From: Nitrospirota bacterium
GTDB lineage: Bacteria > Nitrospirota > Thermodesulfovibrionia > Thermodesulfovibrionales > Dissulfurispiraceae
Direction: 5' to 3'
Length of the DNA: 64,000 nucleotides
Assembly (NCBI GenBank): GCA_040758355.1
Contig: JBFLWF010000001.1
Span: forward strand, 160,001-224,000
The translations under genes were made by a program, and so were the position numbers. Of this stretch, positions 51,826 through 61,914 are shown piece after piece (position 1 is the stretch's first letter; every line of letters begins with the position of its first letter). The notes under the pieces are model-generated. The model saw only the letters and a program-made list of their open reading frames with translations. It had not been told where the DNA came from and did not search any database.

Positions 51826-52872
51826 ATGGTGATGGAATTTTTGGATGAGAGAAGCAAGCAGATCCTCTATGCGGTTGTCCAGAGCTATATAAGCAAGCCT
51901 GACCCTGTCGGCTCAAGATTTGTAACAAAAAAGTATTCCTTTGGTTTTTCGCCTGCTACTGTAAGAAATATAATGGCCGACCTCGAAGACCTTGGTTTCT
52001 TGAGCCAGCCCCACACCTCTGCGGGCAGGGTTCCAACGGATAAAGGCTATAGGTTTTATGTGGATTCCATCATGGTCGTCAGGGAGACGGGCGAATTCGA
52101 TTCAGGAGAGGGTGACTTTGTCCAGCAGTTTGCTAAAAAGCTCGAGAACATAAGAAGCGATGTAAACAATATGTTTTTGGAGGTTACAAACTCCCTCTCG
52201 ATGATGTCGAATTATATAGGCGTTGTAACGCCTCCAAGGGCCGAAAAGACGATATTCGACAGGATAGATTTCATAAGGTACAAGGAAGATAAGGTCGTAG
52301 CCATTCTGATGACCGAAGAGGGCGTGATAAAGAACAAGATAATTGGTGTGGATTCAAGGCTTACGCAGGATGACCTCAACAGAATAGCCGACTATCTTAA
52401 TGCAGAATACTCGGGGCGAACCATAGATGAGATAAAGAACCTGCTTGTAAGAAAGGCCTACCGTGAGAAGGCATTATGGGACAAGCTGATAGCAAGGGCA
52501 ATAAAGATATATGAGCAGGCAATATCATTTACGGAGGACGATGTTTATGTGTCAGGGCTTTACGATGTCATGAACCTCCCGGACTTTTCCGACATCTCAA
52601 AGATAAGGGAGATATCGAAGGCCATAAAAGACAAGCATATCATACTGAAGCTCCTTGACGAGCTTTCGGATTCGGAAGGCGTGCATGTATTCATAGGCAA
52701 CGAGAATCCTGTTGAAGAGATGAAAAACCTGAGCGTGGTTGCCTCTACATACAAGGAAAGAGAGAGGCCTATGGGCGTAATAGCATTGATAGGTCCTACA
52801 AGAATGGACTATTCAAAGGCCATATACATGGTGGATACCATTGCGAAATGCATAAGCAGGACATTTGATTGA
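51826..52872 (+). CDS. hrcA: Heat-inducible repressor HrcA
   Basis: PVGS, SPATVRN.MADLE, QPHTSAGRVPT.KGYR, IGPTRMDY. Confidence 0.97.
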   Translation: MVMEFLDERSKQILYAVVQSYISKPDPVGSRFVTKKYSFGFSPATVRNIMADLEDLGFLSQPHTSAGRVPTDKGYRFYVDSIMVVRETGEFDSGEGDFVQQFAKKLENIRSDVNNMFLEVTNSLSMMSNYIGVVTPPRAEKTIFDRIDFIRYKEDKVVAILMTEEGVIKNKIIGVDSRLTQDDLNRIADYLNAEYSGRTIDEIKNLLVRKAYREKALWDKLIARAIKIYEQAISFTEDDVYVSGLYDVMNLPDFSDISKIREISKAIKDKHIILKLLDELSDSEGVHVFIGNENPVEEMKNLSVVASTYKERERPMGVIALIGPTRMDYSKAIYMVDTIAKCISRTFD

Positions 52873-52886
52873 TGGCCGGAGGTAAT

Positions 52887-53405
52887 ATGGAAGAAACTAA
52901 AAAAAACGAAGAAATAGGCGTTTCTGTTGAGATCGAAGATAAGACGGCAGAGGCTGTAGAAGCCATACAGGCCGAGCTTGCAGAGGCAAAGGATAAATAT
53001 CTGAGGCTTTATGCGGAATTCGAAAATTACAAGAAAAAGGTTCAGAGAGACAGGGAAGATCTTATAAAGTATTCCAACGAGTCTCTGGTCTATGAGCTTT
53101 TGCCAGCACTGGACAATCTGGAGATGGCATTAAGGCATTCCGCGGAAGCAAATTCAGAATCCCTGATAAAGGGAGTGGAGAATACATTCAGGGAATTTGC
53201 GCGAATACTCGAAAAATTCGGGCTTAAATCCATAGATGCACTCGGCAAACCCTTTGACCCTGCATACCACCATGCAATGTCCCAGGTGGAAAGGAATGAT
53301 GTTGAGGGCAATACAGTAGTGGAAGAATTCAGAAAAGGTTATCTCTATAATGAAAAGGTTTTAAGGCCATCACTTGTGGCAGTATCGAAAAAAGGCAGCA
53401 GTTAG
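52887..53405 (+). CDS. grpE: Nucleotide exchange factor GrpE
   Basis: [27 protein letters not shown]. Confidence 0.96.
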   Translation: MEETKKNEEIGVSVEIEDKTAEAVEAIQAELAEAKDKYLRLYAEFENYKKKVQRDREDLIKYSNESLVYELLPALDNLEMALRHSAEANSESLIKGVENTFREFARILEKFGLKSIDALGKPFDPAYHHAMSQVERNDVEGNTVVEEFRKGYLYNEKVLRPSLVAVSKKGSS

Positions 53406-53426
53406 TAATCAGCAGTCAGCAGTTAG
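53396..53426. repeat. (CAGCAGT)n array straddling the grpE stop codon
   Basis: cagcagt TAGtaat cagcagt cagcagt tag. Confidence 0.75.
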
Positions 53427-53476
53427 GGAAGAATAAAAAGAAACTTAAGTACATAAGAATAAAGGAGGATGAAGAG

Positions 53477-55387
53477 ATGGGAAAGGCAATAGGAATAGAT
53501 CTCGGCACCACAAACTCGGTTGTTGCGGTTGTGGTCGGCGGCGAGCCGGTAGTAATACCCAATCAGGAAGGCAACAGGACAACGCCTTCTGTTGTTGCAT
53601 TCACAGAAAAGGGCGAGAGGCTTGTCGGGCAGATAGCAAAGAGGCAGGCCATAACAAACCCCGAAAATACTATATTTTCCATAAAAAGGCTGATGGGCAG
53701 AAAGTATAATTCCCCGCAGGTTGACCACGCAAAAAAGAGGCTTCCGTATCATATAGTCGAGGCGCCGAACGGTGACGCACATGTAGAGGCAAGGGGCAAG
53801 AAGTATTCTCCACCCGAGATATCTGCCATGATACTCCAGAAGCTGAAACAGGCAGCAGAAGACTATCTCGGAGAAACCGTTACAGAAGCGGTCATTACTG
53901 TCCCTGCATATTTTGACGACAGCCAGAGGCAGGCAACAAAGGATGCAGGACAGATTGCAGGGCTCAATGTCTTGAGGATTATTAATGAGCCTACTGCAGC
54001 GGCTCTCGCATATGGACTTGAAAAGAAAAAGGAAGAAAGGGTTGCTGTATACGACCTCGGAGGAGGAACCTTTGATATCTCGGTGCTCGAAATAGGAGAG
54101 GGCGTCATAGAGGTTAAATCTACAAACGGCGATACATATCTCGGCGGCGATGACTTTGATCTGAGGATCATCGATTGGATGGTCGAGGAGTTCAAAAAGG
54201 AGCAGGGAATAGACCTCAAACAGGATAAGATGGCTCTCCAGAGACTGAAGGAGGCTGCTGAAAGGGCAAAGATAGAGCTTTCCACGGCATCAGAGACAGA
54301 GATAAACCTGCCGTTTGTAACTGCCGATGCAACAGGGCCCAAGCATTTATTGATGAAGCTCTCAAGGGCAAAGTTCGAGCAGCTCACAGATGACCTTGTA
54401 CAGAATACTATAGGGCCTTGCAAAATGGCGCTTTCTGATGCAGGTTTTTCCACAGGCAATATAGATGAGATTATACTCGTTGGAGGACAGACAAGGGCGC
54501 CAAAGGTGCAGCAAGTGGTGCAGGAATATTTTGGGAAAGAGCCCCACAAGGGCGTCAATCCTGACGAAGTTGTTGCAGTTGGCGCTGCTATTCAGGCTGC
54601 TGTTTTAAAGGGTGAGGTAAAGGAAGTCCTTCTTCTGGATGTAACTCCCCTATCCCTTGGTATCGAAACCCTCGGCGGCATATTTACAAAGATGATAGAG
54701 AGGAATACGACAATACCCACAAAGAAATCCCAGATATTCTCCACGGCATCCGACAATCAGCCTGCCGTTACCATTAAAGTCCATCAGGGAGAGAGGGAAA
54801 TGGCTTCAGACAACAAGCTGCTCGGGGTATTCGAACTTGTTGGAATACCTCCTGCACCGAGGGGCATGCCTCAGATTGATGTTACATTTGATATCGATGC
54901 AAACGGCATACTCCATGTCTCTGCAAAAGACCTTGGCACAGGAAAGGAGCAGTCCATAAGGATTACTGCATCCAGCGGTCTTACAGATGAAGAGATAAAA
55001 AGGATGATGCGCGATGCAGAATCACATGCAGCAGAAGACCATAAGAAAAAAGAGCTGGCTGAGGCAAGGAATAATGCTGATACCCTCATCTATTCTGTCG
55101 AGAAGTCTGTTAAGGAATACGGCGACAAGCTTACAGAGGACGAGAAAAAGGATGTTGAGGCTGCCCTCGAAAAATGCAGGAAGGTCAAAGAATCCAGCAG
55201 CGATGCATCTGAAATTAAGACAGCGATAGAGGAGCTTACAAAGGCATCCCACAAGATTGCCGAGCATGTATACAAGGCAGCGCAGGAACAGCAGGCCGGT
55301 GCAGGGGCAGGAGCAGAGTCCAAGGCCAAATCTCCAGAGGAAGAAGTGGTTGAAGCAGAATTCGAGGATGTGGATAAGAATAAATAA
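53477..55387 (+). CDS. dnaK: Chaperone DnaK
   Basis: [24 protein letters not shown]. Confidence 0.99.
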   Translation: MGKAIGIDLGTTNSVVAVVVGGEPVVIPNQEGNRTTPSVVAFTEKGERLVGQIAKRQAITNPENTIFSIKRLMGRKYNSPQVDHAKKRLPYHIVEAPNGDAHVEARGKKYSPPEISAMILQKLKQAAEDYLGETVTEAVITVPAYFDDSQRQATKDAGQIAGLNVLRIINEPTAAALAYGLEKKKEERVAVYDLGGGTFDISVLEIGEGVIEVKSTNGDTYLGGDDFDLRIIDWMVEEFKKEQGIDLKQDKMALQRLKEAAERAKIELSTASETEINLPFVTADATGPKHLLMKLSRAKFEQLTDDLVQNTIGPCKMALSDAGFSTGNIDEIILVGGQTRAPKVQQVVQEYFGKEPHKGVNPDEVVAVGAAIQAAVLKGEVKEVLLLDVTPLSLGIETLGGIFTKMIERNTTIPTKKSQIFSTASDNQPAVTIKVHQGEREMASDNKLLGVFELVGIPPAPRGMPQIDVTFDIDANGILHVSAKDLGTGKEQSIRITASSGLTDEEIKRMMRDAESHAAEDHKKKELAEARNNADTLIYSVEKSVKEYGDKLTEDEKKDVEAALEKCRKVKESSSDASEIKTAIEELTKASHKIAEHVYKAAQEQQAGAGAGAESKAKSPEEEVVEAEFEDVDKNK

Positions 55388-56508
55388 TGAAAGATTATTA
55401 TAAAATTATTGGAGTCAGCCGGGATGCCACGCAGGACGAGATTAAAAAGGCATTCCGGCAGCTTGCCTTAAAATACCATCCTGACAGGAATCAGGGAGAT
55501 AAGGCTGCAGAGGAAAAGTTCAAGGAGATAAACGAGGCATACACATGCCTTGGCGATGCTGAAAAGCGCGCCAATTACGACAGGTACGGCACATCAGAGG
55601 GCTTTGGTGCAGGCGCTGGTTTTGGAGGATTCGGAGCCGGAGCAGGCGCTGGATTTGGCGGCTTTACAGATATATTCGAAGACATATTCGATGACTTCTT
55701 CGGCACATTTGGCGGATATAAAAAGGCAAAGCCCACAAAGGGCGCTGACCTAAGATACAACCTTAACATAACCCTCGAAGATGCTGCCTTCGGCTCTGAA
55801 AATACCATAAAGGTTCCGAGGTGGCAGTCATGCGATGTATGCAGTGGAATAGGCGCTGAACCCGGAACATCACCTGAAACCTGCCCCAATTGCAAAGGCA
55901 CCGGACATATAAGATTCCAGCAGGGATTTTTCAGTGTTTCAAAGACATGCGGAAAGTGTCATGGCACGGGAAGGATAATCACAAGCCCATGCAAGAGCTG
56001 CAAAGGGAACGGTAAGGTCAGGGTTCAGAGGGAAATATCTGTAAAGATACCAGCAGGAGTTGACAATGGCTCACGGTTGAGACTGAGCGGTGAGGGTGAT
56101 TTCGGAAGTTATGGCGGCCCTCCCGGAGATTTGTATGTGGTAATAAATGTAGATGAACATTCATTCTTCAAAAGGGATGGCATGGACATTTACTGTCAGG
56201 TGCCTTTATCCTTTCCAAAGGCTGTTTTCGGAGGCGAGATAGAAGTCCCAACGCTGAACGGGCCTGCTAAACTCAAGATTCCTACAGGCACATCTTCAGG
56301 AAAATCCTTCCATCTAAAGGGCAAGGGCATGCCGAGGCTCGGAAGCCATCAGAGGGGAGACCAGGTAGTAAGCGTTTATATAGATGTGCCGAAAAAACTC
56401 ACTCCGCGGCAGAGGGAACTCCTCGAAGAATTCGCAAGCATAAGCGAGGAGAATGTAGAGGAGACAAAGGGGTTTAAGAATAAGCTGAAGGATCTGTTTT
56501 CGGTGTAG
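55387..56508 (+). CDS. dnaJ: Chaperone DnaJ
   Basis: HPD, G/F region, four CxxCxGxG motifs. Confidence 0.98.
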   Translation: MKDYYKIIGVSRDATQDEIKKAFRQLALKYHPDRNQGDKAAEEKFKEINEAYTCLGDAEKRANYDRYGTSEGFGAGAGFGGFGAGAGAGFGGFTDIFEDIFDDFFGTFGGYKKAKPTKGADLRYNLNITLEDAAFGSENTIKVPRWQSCDVCSGIGAEPGTSPETCPNCKGTGHIRFQQGFFSVSKTCGKCHGTGRIITSPCKSCKGNGKVRVQREISVKIPAGVDNGSRLRLSGEGDFGSYGGPPGDLYVVINVDEHSFFKRDGMDIYCQVPLSFPKAVFGGEIEVPTLNGPAKLKIPTGTSSGKSFHLKGKGMPRLGSHQRGDQVVSVYIDVPKKLTPRQRELLEEFASISEENVEETKGFKNKLKDLFSV

Positions 56509-56509
56509 T

Positions 56510-56812
56510 TTAACTGAGCCAGTAGCCAAGTATTGTACCAATTGCTCCATATGCCCATCTCTTATCCGGTTCTTTATATTTCTTAGATAATAGAACATAT
56601 AAAGAAGAGATAAGCACTACAACTGTAACAAGAGAAGCCATAACAGCTTTTGTTATAACAACATCAGAAATGATAAGACCGGGTTGTCTTATACTCATCA
56701 GGGGTGAATAAAACTTATAGTGAAGCGGCGATACTTTTATTAAAAGTAGTCCTATGATAGACAAGATGATCGTAATTTGCGGTAGCTTTATAAGTTTTAG
56801 AGATCTCAACAC
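56510..56812 (-). CDS. Small AT-rich hypothetical membrane protein
   Basis: Hydrophobic segments, C-terminal KRWAYGAIGTILGYWLS; start uncertain. Confidence 0.5.
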   Translation of the reverse strand: MLRSLKLIKLPQITIILSIIGLLLIKVSPLHYKFYSPLMSIRQPGLIISDVVITKAVMASLVTVVVLISSLYVLLSKKYKEPDKRWAYGAIGTILGYWLS

Positions 56813-56899
56813 AATTCCACATCTCCTTTATAAGCAAAACATACCAAATCATCTATAGGCTGTCAAGTTTTCAATAGGTTATGGCATAATTTTAAGGAT

Positions 56900-57688
56900 A
56901 TGAGAATATTTGTCCTTCCTGAAGATATAGCAAAAAAAGAAGGCATTAAACTTAATGCCGACAAATCTCATTATCTCATTTCTGTTCTGAGATGTAAAAA
57001 AGGCGATGTTATTACAATCATTGACGGCAAAGGCAAGGCATATGAGGCCGAGGTTGCTGAGATTGCAAAAGGAAATGTCTTGATTACTGTTATTAATGAA
57101 ATTCAATTAGACACGGAATCCTCTTTAAATCTCATTCTCTGTCAGGGGATACTGAAAGGCGAGAAGATGGATCTGGTTATTCAAAAGACTACCGAACTTG
57201 GAGTAAAAGAGATAATCCCACTTATTACAGAGAGGTGTGTTGTTAAGGAGACGAGAAAGGTGAAGAGGTGGCAGAAGATTGCAGAGGAGGCTGCAGAGCA
57301 GTGCGGAAGGACAGTTATCCCGACTGTTCATGAACCGATTGAATACCGTAATGCGTTATGCGTGATGAGTGATGAGTATAAAAAATTTCTTTTAACCCAT
57401 CACGATTTACCCATTACGGATTACGGGTTAAACGGATTTATTTTCTGGGAAGAGGGCGGTTTGGCTTTAAAAGAGGCAATTAAAAAGCTTTTGCCTTCTC
57501 CATCACTCCATAACTCCAACACTCCAATCTTTGTGTTTGTCGGCCCTGAGGGCGGTTTTACAGCCGAAGAAGTAAAGCTGTCAGAGGAGCATGGGCTTAT
57601 CAGAACGACACTCGGCAAACGGACTCTCCGTGCAGAGACAGCGGCAATTGTATCGGTGGCATTAGTGCAGTTTTTGCTTGAATCCTGA
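56900..57688 (+). CDS. rsmE: 16S rRNA m3U1498 methyltransferase
   Basis: HYLISVLR, QKTTELGV, EAAEQCGR, GPEGGF, LRAETA. Confidence 0.96.
   Translation: MRIFVLPEDIAKKEGIKLNADKSHYLISVLRCKKGDVITIIDGKGKAYEAEVAEIAKGNVLITVINEIQLDTESSLNLILCQGILKGEKMDLVIQKTTELGVKEIIPLITERCVVKETRKVKRWQKIAEEAAEQCGRTVIPTVHEPIEYRNALCVMSDEYKKFLLTHHDLPITDYGLNGFIFWEEGGLALKEAIKKLLPSPSLHNSNTPIFVFVGPEGGFTAEEVKLSEEHGLIRTTLGKRTLRAETAAIVSVALVQFLLES
57346..57426. repeat. Inverted pair (CGTAATG)n / (CATTACG)n in frame in rsmE
   Basis: ccgtaat..attacgg termini; encodes RNALCVMSDEYKKFLLTHHDLPITDYG. Confidence 0.88.
57498..57528. repeat. 8-bp (ACTCCATC)n array in rsmE
   Basis: Encodes SPSLHNSNTPI. Confidence 0.85.
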
Positions 57689-57744
57689 GAAATTGGCTCT
57701 GAATTCTGCTATAATATTCACAAAATCGGAAAGGAGAAACACAC

Positions 57745-58113
57745 ATAGAAAGCAAGGCTAAGGCAATAGAGGCTGCACAGGCGGCACTCGATAAAAAGGC
57801 AAAGGACACAGTTGTCCTCGAATTAAAGGACCTTACGATAATTGCAGATTATTTTGTCGTCTGCTCTGGCGAAAGCACTACACAGGTCAAGGCAATCGTC
57901 GAAAATGTGGAGAAGAAATTAAGGGAACACAGGCAAAAGCCAGCGGGCATCGAAGGCTTGAATACTGCCCGATGGGTTCTGATGGATTATGGAGATGTAA
58001 TTGTCCATGTCTTTGAAGAAGAGACAAGGGCGTATTATGAGCTTGAGAAGTTCTGGCTGGATGCACCGAGGATACTCTTTGAAAAGGAAGGGGTTCTCGT
58101 AGGGGAAAAGTAG
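57745..58113 (+). CDS. rsfS: Ribosome silencing factor RsfS, apparent ATA start
   Basis: AAQAALDKKAKD.VVLEL..IADYFVVCSGEST.QV..WVLMDYGDVIVHVF..R.YYELEKFW; SD aaggag 8 nt before ATA. Confidence 0.9.
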   Translation: MESKAKAIEAAQAALDKKAKDTVVLELKDLTIIADYFVVCSGESTTQVKAIVENVEKKLREHRQKPAGIEGLNTARWVLMDYGDVIVHVFEEETRAYYELEKFWLDAPRILFEKEGVLVGEK

Positions 58114-58128
58114 TTTCCCCTATGCTTT

Positions 58129-58566
58129 ATGAAAATACGCATATTCTGGGTAGGAAAGACAAAGGAGCGGTATCTGATTGAAGGAATTAATCACTACCTT
58201 AAATTGCTAAGATACATGGCTCAGATTTCTATAATAGAGATAAAAGACGAAAAAGGGAAGATAAGGGATGAGGCACTTTCCCTGGAGGGCAGGAGGGTAT
58301 TGAAACAGACAGATTCTTATATACTGCTCGATGAGCGCGGGAAAGAATTCAGTTCAAAGGATTTTGCCCGATATTTAAATGATAAAAGCAGTGTCGATTT
58401 TGTTATGGGCGGTGCATTCGGGGTTTCTGACGAGGTCAGGGAAAAGGCGTCAGATACTATTGCATTGTCAAAGATGACTTTAACTCATGAAATGACGAGA
58501 TTGGTATTTCTGGAGCAGCTTTACAGGGCAATGACCATTATAAAGGGTAAGAATTATCATTATTAA
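58129..58566 (+). CDS. rlmH: 23S rRNA m3Psi1915 methyltransferase
   Basis: VGK, LDERGK, GGAFG, LSKMTLTHEM.R..EQLYRA..YH. Confidence 0.96.
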   Translation: MKIRIFWVGKTKERYLIEGINHYLKLLRYMAQISIIEIKDEKGKIRDEALSLEGRRVLKQTDSYILLDERGKEFSSKDFARYLNDKSSVDFVMGGAFGVSDEVREKASDTIALSKMTLTHEMTRLVFLEQLYRAMTIIKGKNYHY

Positions 58567-58612
58567 TGTCAGAGATATTAATAACAACTGAGAAATTTTG
58601 TAAAAGGGGGTT

Positions 58613-58643
58613 TTCGCAAGGGGGACAAAGTCCCACTTGCGAA
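58613..58643. repeat. GGGAC/GTCCC-core hairpin just before the lapAB start
   Basis: ttcgcaag-g-gggac-aaa-gtccc-a-cttgcgaa. Confidence 0.6.
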
Positions 58644-58651
58644 GTGAACTG

Positions 58652-59965
58652 ATGGGCAAGATAGCAATACTGATATTTTTGGTCTTTCTTGCAATACTCG
58701 GATTTTTCGCGGTCGAAAATAAAGATATTGTGAGCATAAAGGTTCCTTTCGGAAGCATTTATGAGATCCCGAAGATTGCCCTCATTCTCCTCTCTACAAC
58801 CGTGGGCGCCCTTGCTGTACTCATTATTTTCTTTATACGCGATACAAAGAGGGTCATAGACAATCTCCAGTATCAGAAGAGGCAGAAAAGAGAGGCGAGG
58901 ATACAGGAGTTCTATTCAAGGGCACTGAATGCCATACTCGGCGACAAAGAGGAAGAGGCAAAGGATGCCTTGAAGGATATACTCAAGGAAGACCCTGAAC
59001 ATATAGATGCCCTTCTGAGACTGGGCGACATATCTCTTAACAATAAGGATTACAAGACAGCACTTGACTATTACAGAAAGGCAAAAGACATCGATCCAAA
59101 AAATCTGCAGGCTCTTCTTTCCATAGAGACAGTGACGGAGAGGATGCAGAGGCATGACGATGCCCTTAAATACCTCGATGAGATACTCGATATAGATTCT
59201 GAAAACCTTACTGCCCTTTACAGGAAGCGTGCAATCCTCGAAAAGAAGGATATGTGGGATGACCTCCTATCCCTGCAGAGGACAATAATCAAGCTCGAGC
59301 ACAGCGAAAGCGACAAGCAGCAGGAAGAACACAGACTGCTCGGCTATAAATATGAATATGCACGCTCAAGCCTCGAAAGTGGCGAATTGGAGAAGGCAGA
59401 AAAGGCATTCAGGACAATGATAAAGATGAATGACGGTTTTATCCCTGCTTATCTCGGCCTTGCAGAGGTCATCCTGACCAGAGGAGAAACAGAGGAGGCC
59501 ATAAACTTCCTGGAAAAGGCATACGAGCAGTTGAAATCCATAATAATACTTGCACGCCTCGAAGACCTGCTCATCAATGTTGGAGAGCCGGGAAGACTGA
59601 TACGGTTTTACAGGAATGCCATAGCGAAAAGCCCGCAGGACAACGGGCTGAGATTTCTCCTTGGAAAACTTTACTACAGGCTTGAGATGGTGGAGGATGC
59701 GATGGATTTATTGAATTCCATAGATACCAATGTTTTTTCCGTGCCAGAGCTTTTCAGCCTGCGGGGTGAATTGTATATAAAGAGAAACCAGATTCCAAAG
59801 GCGCTTGACGAGCTTAAAAAGGCATGCGGGATACGGCGTCCCTTCAGGATACAGTACTGCTGCTCCAATTGCGGTTTCAGGTCGGAGGACTGGTCAGGGA
59901 GATGTCCTCAGTGCATGGAATGGAATACTTACCGTCTTGATGTATATGGCACCTGCAAAGCGTAA
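58652..59965 (+). CDS. LapA-like membrane domain, TPR repeats and rubredoxin-like domain (LapA-LapB/YciM-like fusion)
   Basis: FAVEN..V.. plus two TM segments; TPR repeats; CSNCG..CPQC..W. Confidence 0.8.
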   Translation: MGKIAILIFLVFLAILGFFAVENKDIVSIKVPFGSIYEIPKIALILLSTTVGALAVLIIFFIRDTKRVIDNLQYQKRQKREARIQEFYSRALNAILGDKEEEAKDALKDILKEDPEHIDALLRLGDISLNNKDYKTALDYYRKAKDIDPKNLQALLSIETVTERMQRHDDALKYLDEILDIDSENLTALYRKRAILEKKDMWDDLLSLQRTIIKLEHSESDKQQEEHRLLGYKYEYARSSLESGELEKAEKAFRTMIKMNDGFIPAYLGLAEVILTRGETEEAINFLEKAYEQLKSIIILARLEDLLINVGEPGRLIRFYRNAIAKSPQDNGLRFLLGKLYYRLEMVEDAMDLLNSIDTNVFSVPELFSLRGELYIKRNQIPKALDELKKACGIRRPFRIQYCCSNCGFRSEDWSGRCPQCMEWNTYRLDVYGTCKA

Positions 59966-60626
59966 AAAGAGTGATGAGTCATCATCACCAATTACCCATC
60001 ACCCATCACAGCCGTTAAATGTTGTTCTGGATACGAGCCTCTTTGTGAATCCTGATGTGAGGACGAGTCTTGGTAGTAATCCCACAGAGGCTTTGGAGAC
60101 ATTCCTTTTCCTCGCAGCACAGATACACGTGCTTGAATTTTACATGCCCCCTTCCATTTTCGAGGAGCTTCTGCACTTTGTAGAGAGGGACAAAATACCT
60201 GCAGACCTCCTCCTGATTTTGCACCAGAAGCCTCCGAAGAAACATGAATTGAAAACCCCTGCATTCCTATTGTACGAGCTAATCGAGGATATAAGGGAAA
60301 GGGTTAATAAGGGGTTGAGGGTTGCAGAGAAGGCTGTAAGGAGTGCGGAGAGCAAAAAGGCTGACGAGATTATTCAGGACATGAGGAGGAAATACAGAGA
60401 GGCGCTGCGTGAAGGCATAATCGACAGCAAGGAGGATGTGGACCTGCTTTTGCTCGCAATGGAGCTTGATGCCCTGCTCATTACAGCAGACCATGGTCTG
60501 ATAAAATGGGCTGAAAAGTTGGGCATACGATGGCTCTTTCCCGAGAAGTTCAAGGAATACCTGATGAGCGCCATAAAGAGGACAGAGTTAATCAAAAAAT
60601 CCTTTGCCCATGAGCCTGTGCCTTAG
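59946..60626 (+). CDS. Protein-only RNase P of HARP/Aq_880 type (PIN domain, 'RNA ligase partner' family)
   Basis: VLDTSLFVNPDVR, FYMPPSIF.EL, RERVNKGLRVAE, KYREALREGIIDSKEDVDLLLLA.EL, AD.GL..WAEKLG. Confidence 0.9.
   Translation: MAPAKRKKSDESSSPITHHPSQPLNVVLDTSLFVNPDVRTSLGSNPTEALETFLFLAAQIHVLEFYMPPSIFEELLHFVERDKIPADLLLILHQKPPKKHELKTPAFLLYELIEDIRERVNKGLRVAEKAVRSAESKKADEIIQDMRRKYREALREGIIDSKEDVDLLLLAMELDALLITADHGLIKWAEKLGIRWLFPEKFKEYLMSAIKRTELIKKSFAHEPVP
59969..60011. repeat. (GAGTGAT)/(CCCATCA)n arrays forming the HARP N-terminal extension
   Basis: Encodes SDESSSPITHHPSQ. Confidence 0.8.
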
Positions 60627-61718
60627 TTCTCTCGTGCCCTTGATGTAGATCCTGTAAAACTTCAGCCTGTAATAATCGCCCGATTTTTCCACGGATACAA
60701 GCTGGGTGCGGACACCCGAGCGGTTCAGGTGTTGTATTAATTCATCCACCGTATTTTTGTTTCTCACTCTGACATGAAAAAACTCCTTTACGCTTTCGCC
60801 TTCTGCAACTGCCCTTAAAGTCTCTTCTGGTATGAGGTATAATGCCTTTGCAGAGCTTATAAGATATTCGCTGCTGAACGGTATTCCGAATTCGTGGCAG
60901 AAAAACACAGCCCTCAATATCCTCTGCGTAAAGAAACCCGCGGGTAGCTCTGTGATGAGATGGGTTGTTGCCTGCAAATCCCTGAGACATGAAGAGAGTG
61001 TGACATACTTTACCGGTTTGCCATCGGAAACAGGCTTGATCACTATTCCTTCCCTGCCATCCCTGTCCAGTTCGAGGATAATATTTTTTACGGCATCCAC
61101 ATCCGATGTGCCGCCCGATACATTAAACGGCCCCCATCTTCTTATCTGCTGTATATTAAAGCGTTCAAATATCCTGTAACGTTCTTCTACAGGCAAATGA
61201 TTTCCCTTTTCATTTAGAAGGTCGAAGGCAAAGAGGACAACATCTTCATCGATATACGGGATGATTTCTGTATTGTAAGGACTTCCTGGACCCACGACCT
61301 CACAGCAGATTATGTATTCCGGATATTCATTGAAGAAATTAATGTCGATGAGGTCCTGTATTCTGTCTGTAGTAAATGGACATACAAATCCTCCCCGTGT
61401 AAATGCAATAGGAGTCCCGTTTATGGCAGCTACCCTCACATTGTATCCATCCACCTTTTCTTCGACATAGAATTTATTTTTGAAATATCGGTTTATTCCA
61501 TTGGCAAGATGGAGTATCCTCATAATCTTCGGATAGCCAGGTATAATGCCTTTATCATAAAAAACAGTGCCCCGCGGATAGCATTTATATTCCTGCGAGA
61601 GCCTTACAAAGGTGATGTTATTGAACTGGGACGTGTGGAGGGATTCTCTTTCTTTGAGTGTTGTTATATCTTTTTCTGCGAGATGCTTTTCTAAGAAGTC
61701 AGGATAAGGTGTGTTCAT
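60588..61718 (-). CDS. ATP-dependent RNA ligase, Rnl3 (Pab1020-like) family
   Basis: EEKVDGYNVR (motif I), TRGGFVCPFTT, EVVGP..PY, FAFD, REGIVIK, VKYVT. Confidence 0.9.
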   Translation of the reverse strand: MNTPYPDFLEKHLAEKDITTLKERESLHTSQFNNITFVRLSQEYKCYPRGTVFYDKGIIPGYPKIMRILHLANGINRYFKNKFYVEEKVDGYNVRVAAINGTPIAFTRGGFVCPFTTDRIQDLIDINFFNEYPEYIICCEVVGPGSPYNTEIIPYIDEDVVLFAFDLLNEKGNHLPVEERYRIFERFNIQQIRRWGPFNVSGGTSDVDAVKNIILELDRDGREGIVIKPVSDGKPVKYVTLSSCLRDLQATTHLITELPAGFFTQRILRAVFFCHEFGIPFSSEYLISSAKALYLIPEETLRAVAEGESVKEFFHVRVRNKNTVDELIQHLNRSGVRTQLVSVEKSGDYYRLKFYRIYIKGTRELRHRLMGKGFFD

Positions 61719-61861
61719 CTTTGAAGTGTTTTTTCTTCTTCTTTTAATGCCTTTTCCATGAGTTTTCTCTTCTTGGATGGCACGACCTTTCCTTTCAAGG
61801 ATGATACAGGAATCTTTTCTCTGGAAGACTTTTTGATTAATTTTATGGTTTCTTTTTTCAT
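61715..61861 (-). CDS. 48-aa Lys-rich protein coupled to the RNA ligase
   Basis: MKKETIKLIKKSSREKIPVSSLKGKVVPSKKRKLMEKALKEEEKTLQR; its TGA overlaps the ligase ATG (ATGA); below the ORF-track cutoff; no clear SD. Confidence 0.55.
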   Translation of the reverse strand: MKKETIKLIKKSSREKIPVSSLKGKVVPSKKRKLMEKALKEEEKTLQR

Positions 61862-61881
61862 TTTTCAGGAAAATGAAATAT

Positions 61882-61908
61882 CCCTAAAAAGTCTCCGACT
61901 TTTTAGGG
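61882..61908 (-). other. Hairpin 3' of tRNA-Leu
   Basis: ccctaaaaagtc-tcc-gactttttaggg, perfect 12-bp stem. Confidence 0.7.
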
Positions 61909-61914
61909 CTGCAA

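Noticed and set aside
55600..55665. GFGAGA repeats in dnaJ
   Set aside because: Normal G/F-rich region with codon-based periodicity.
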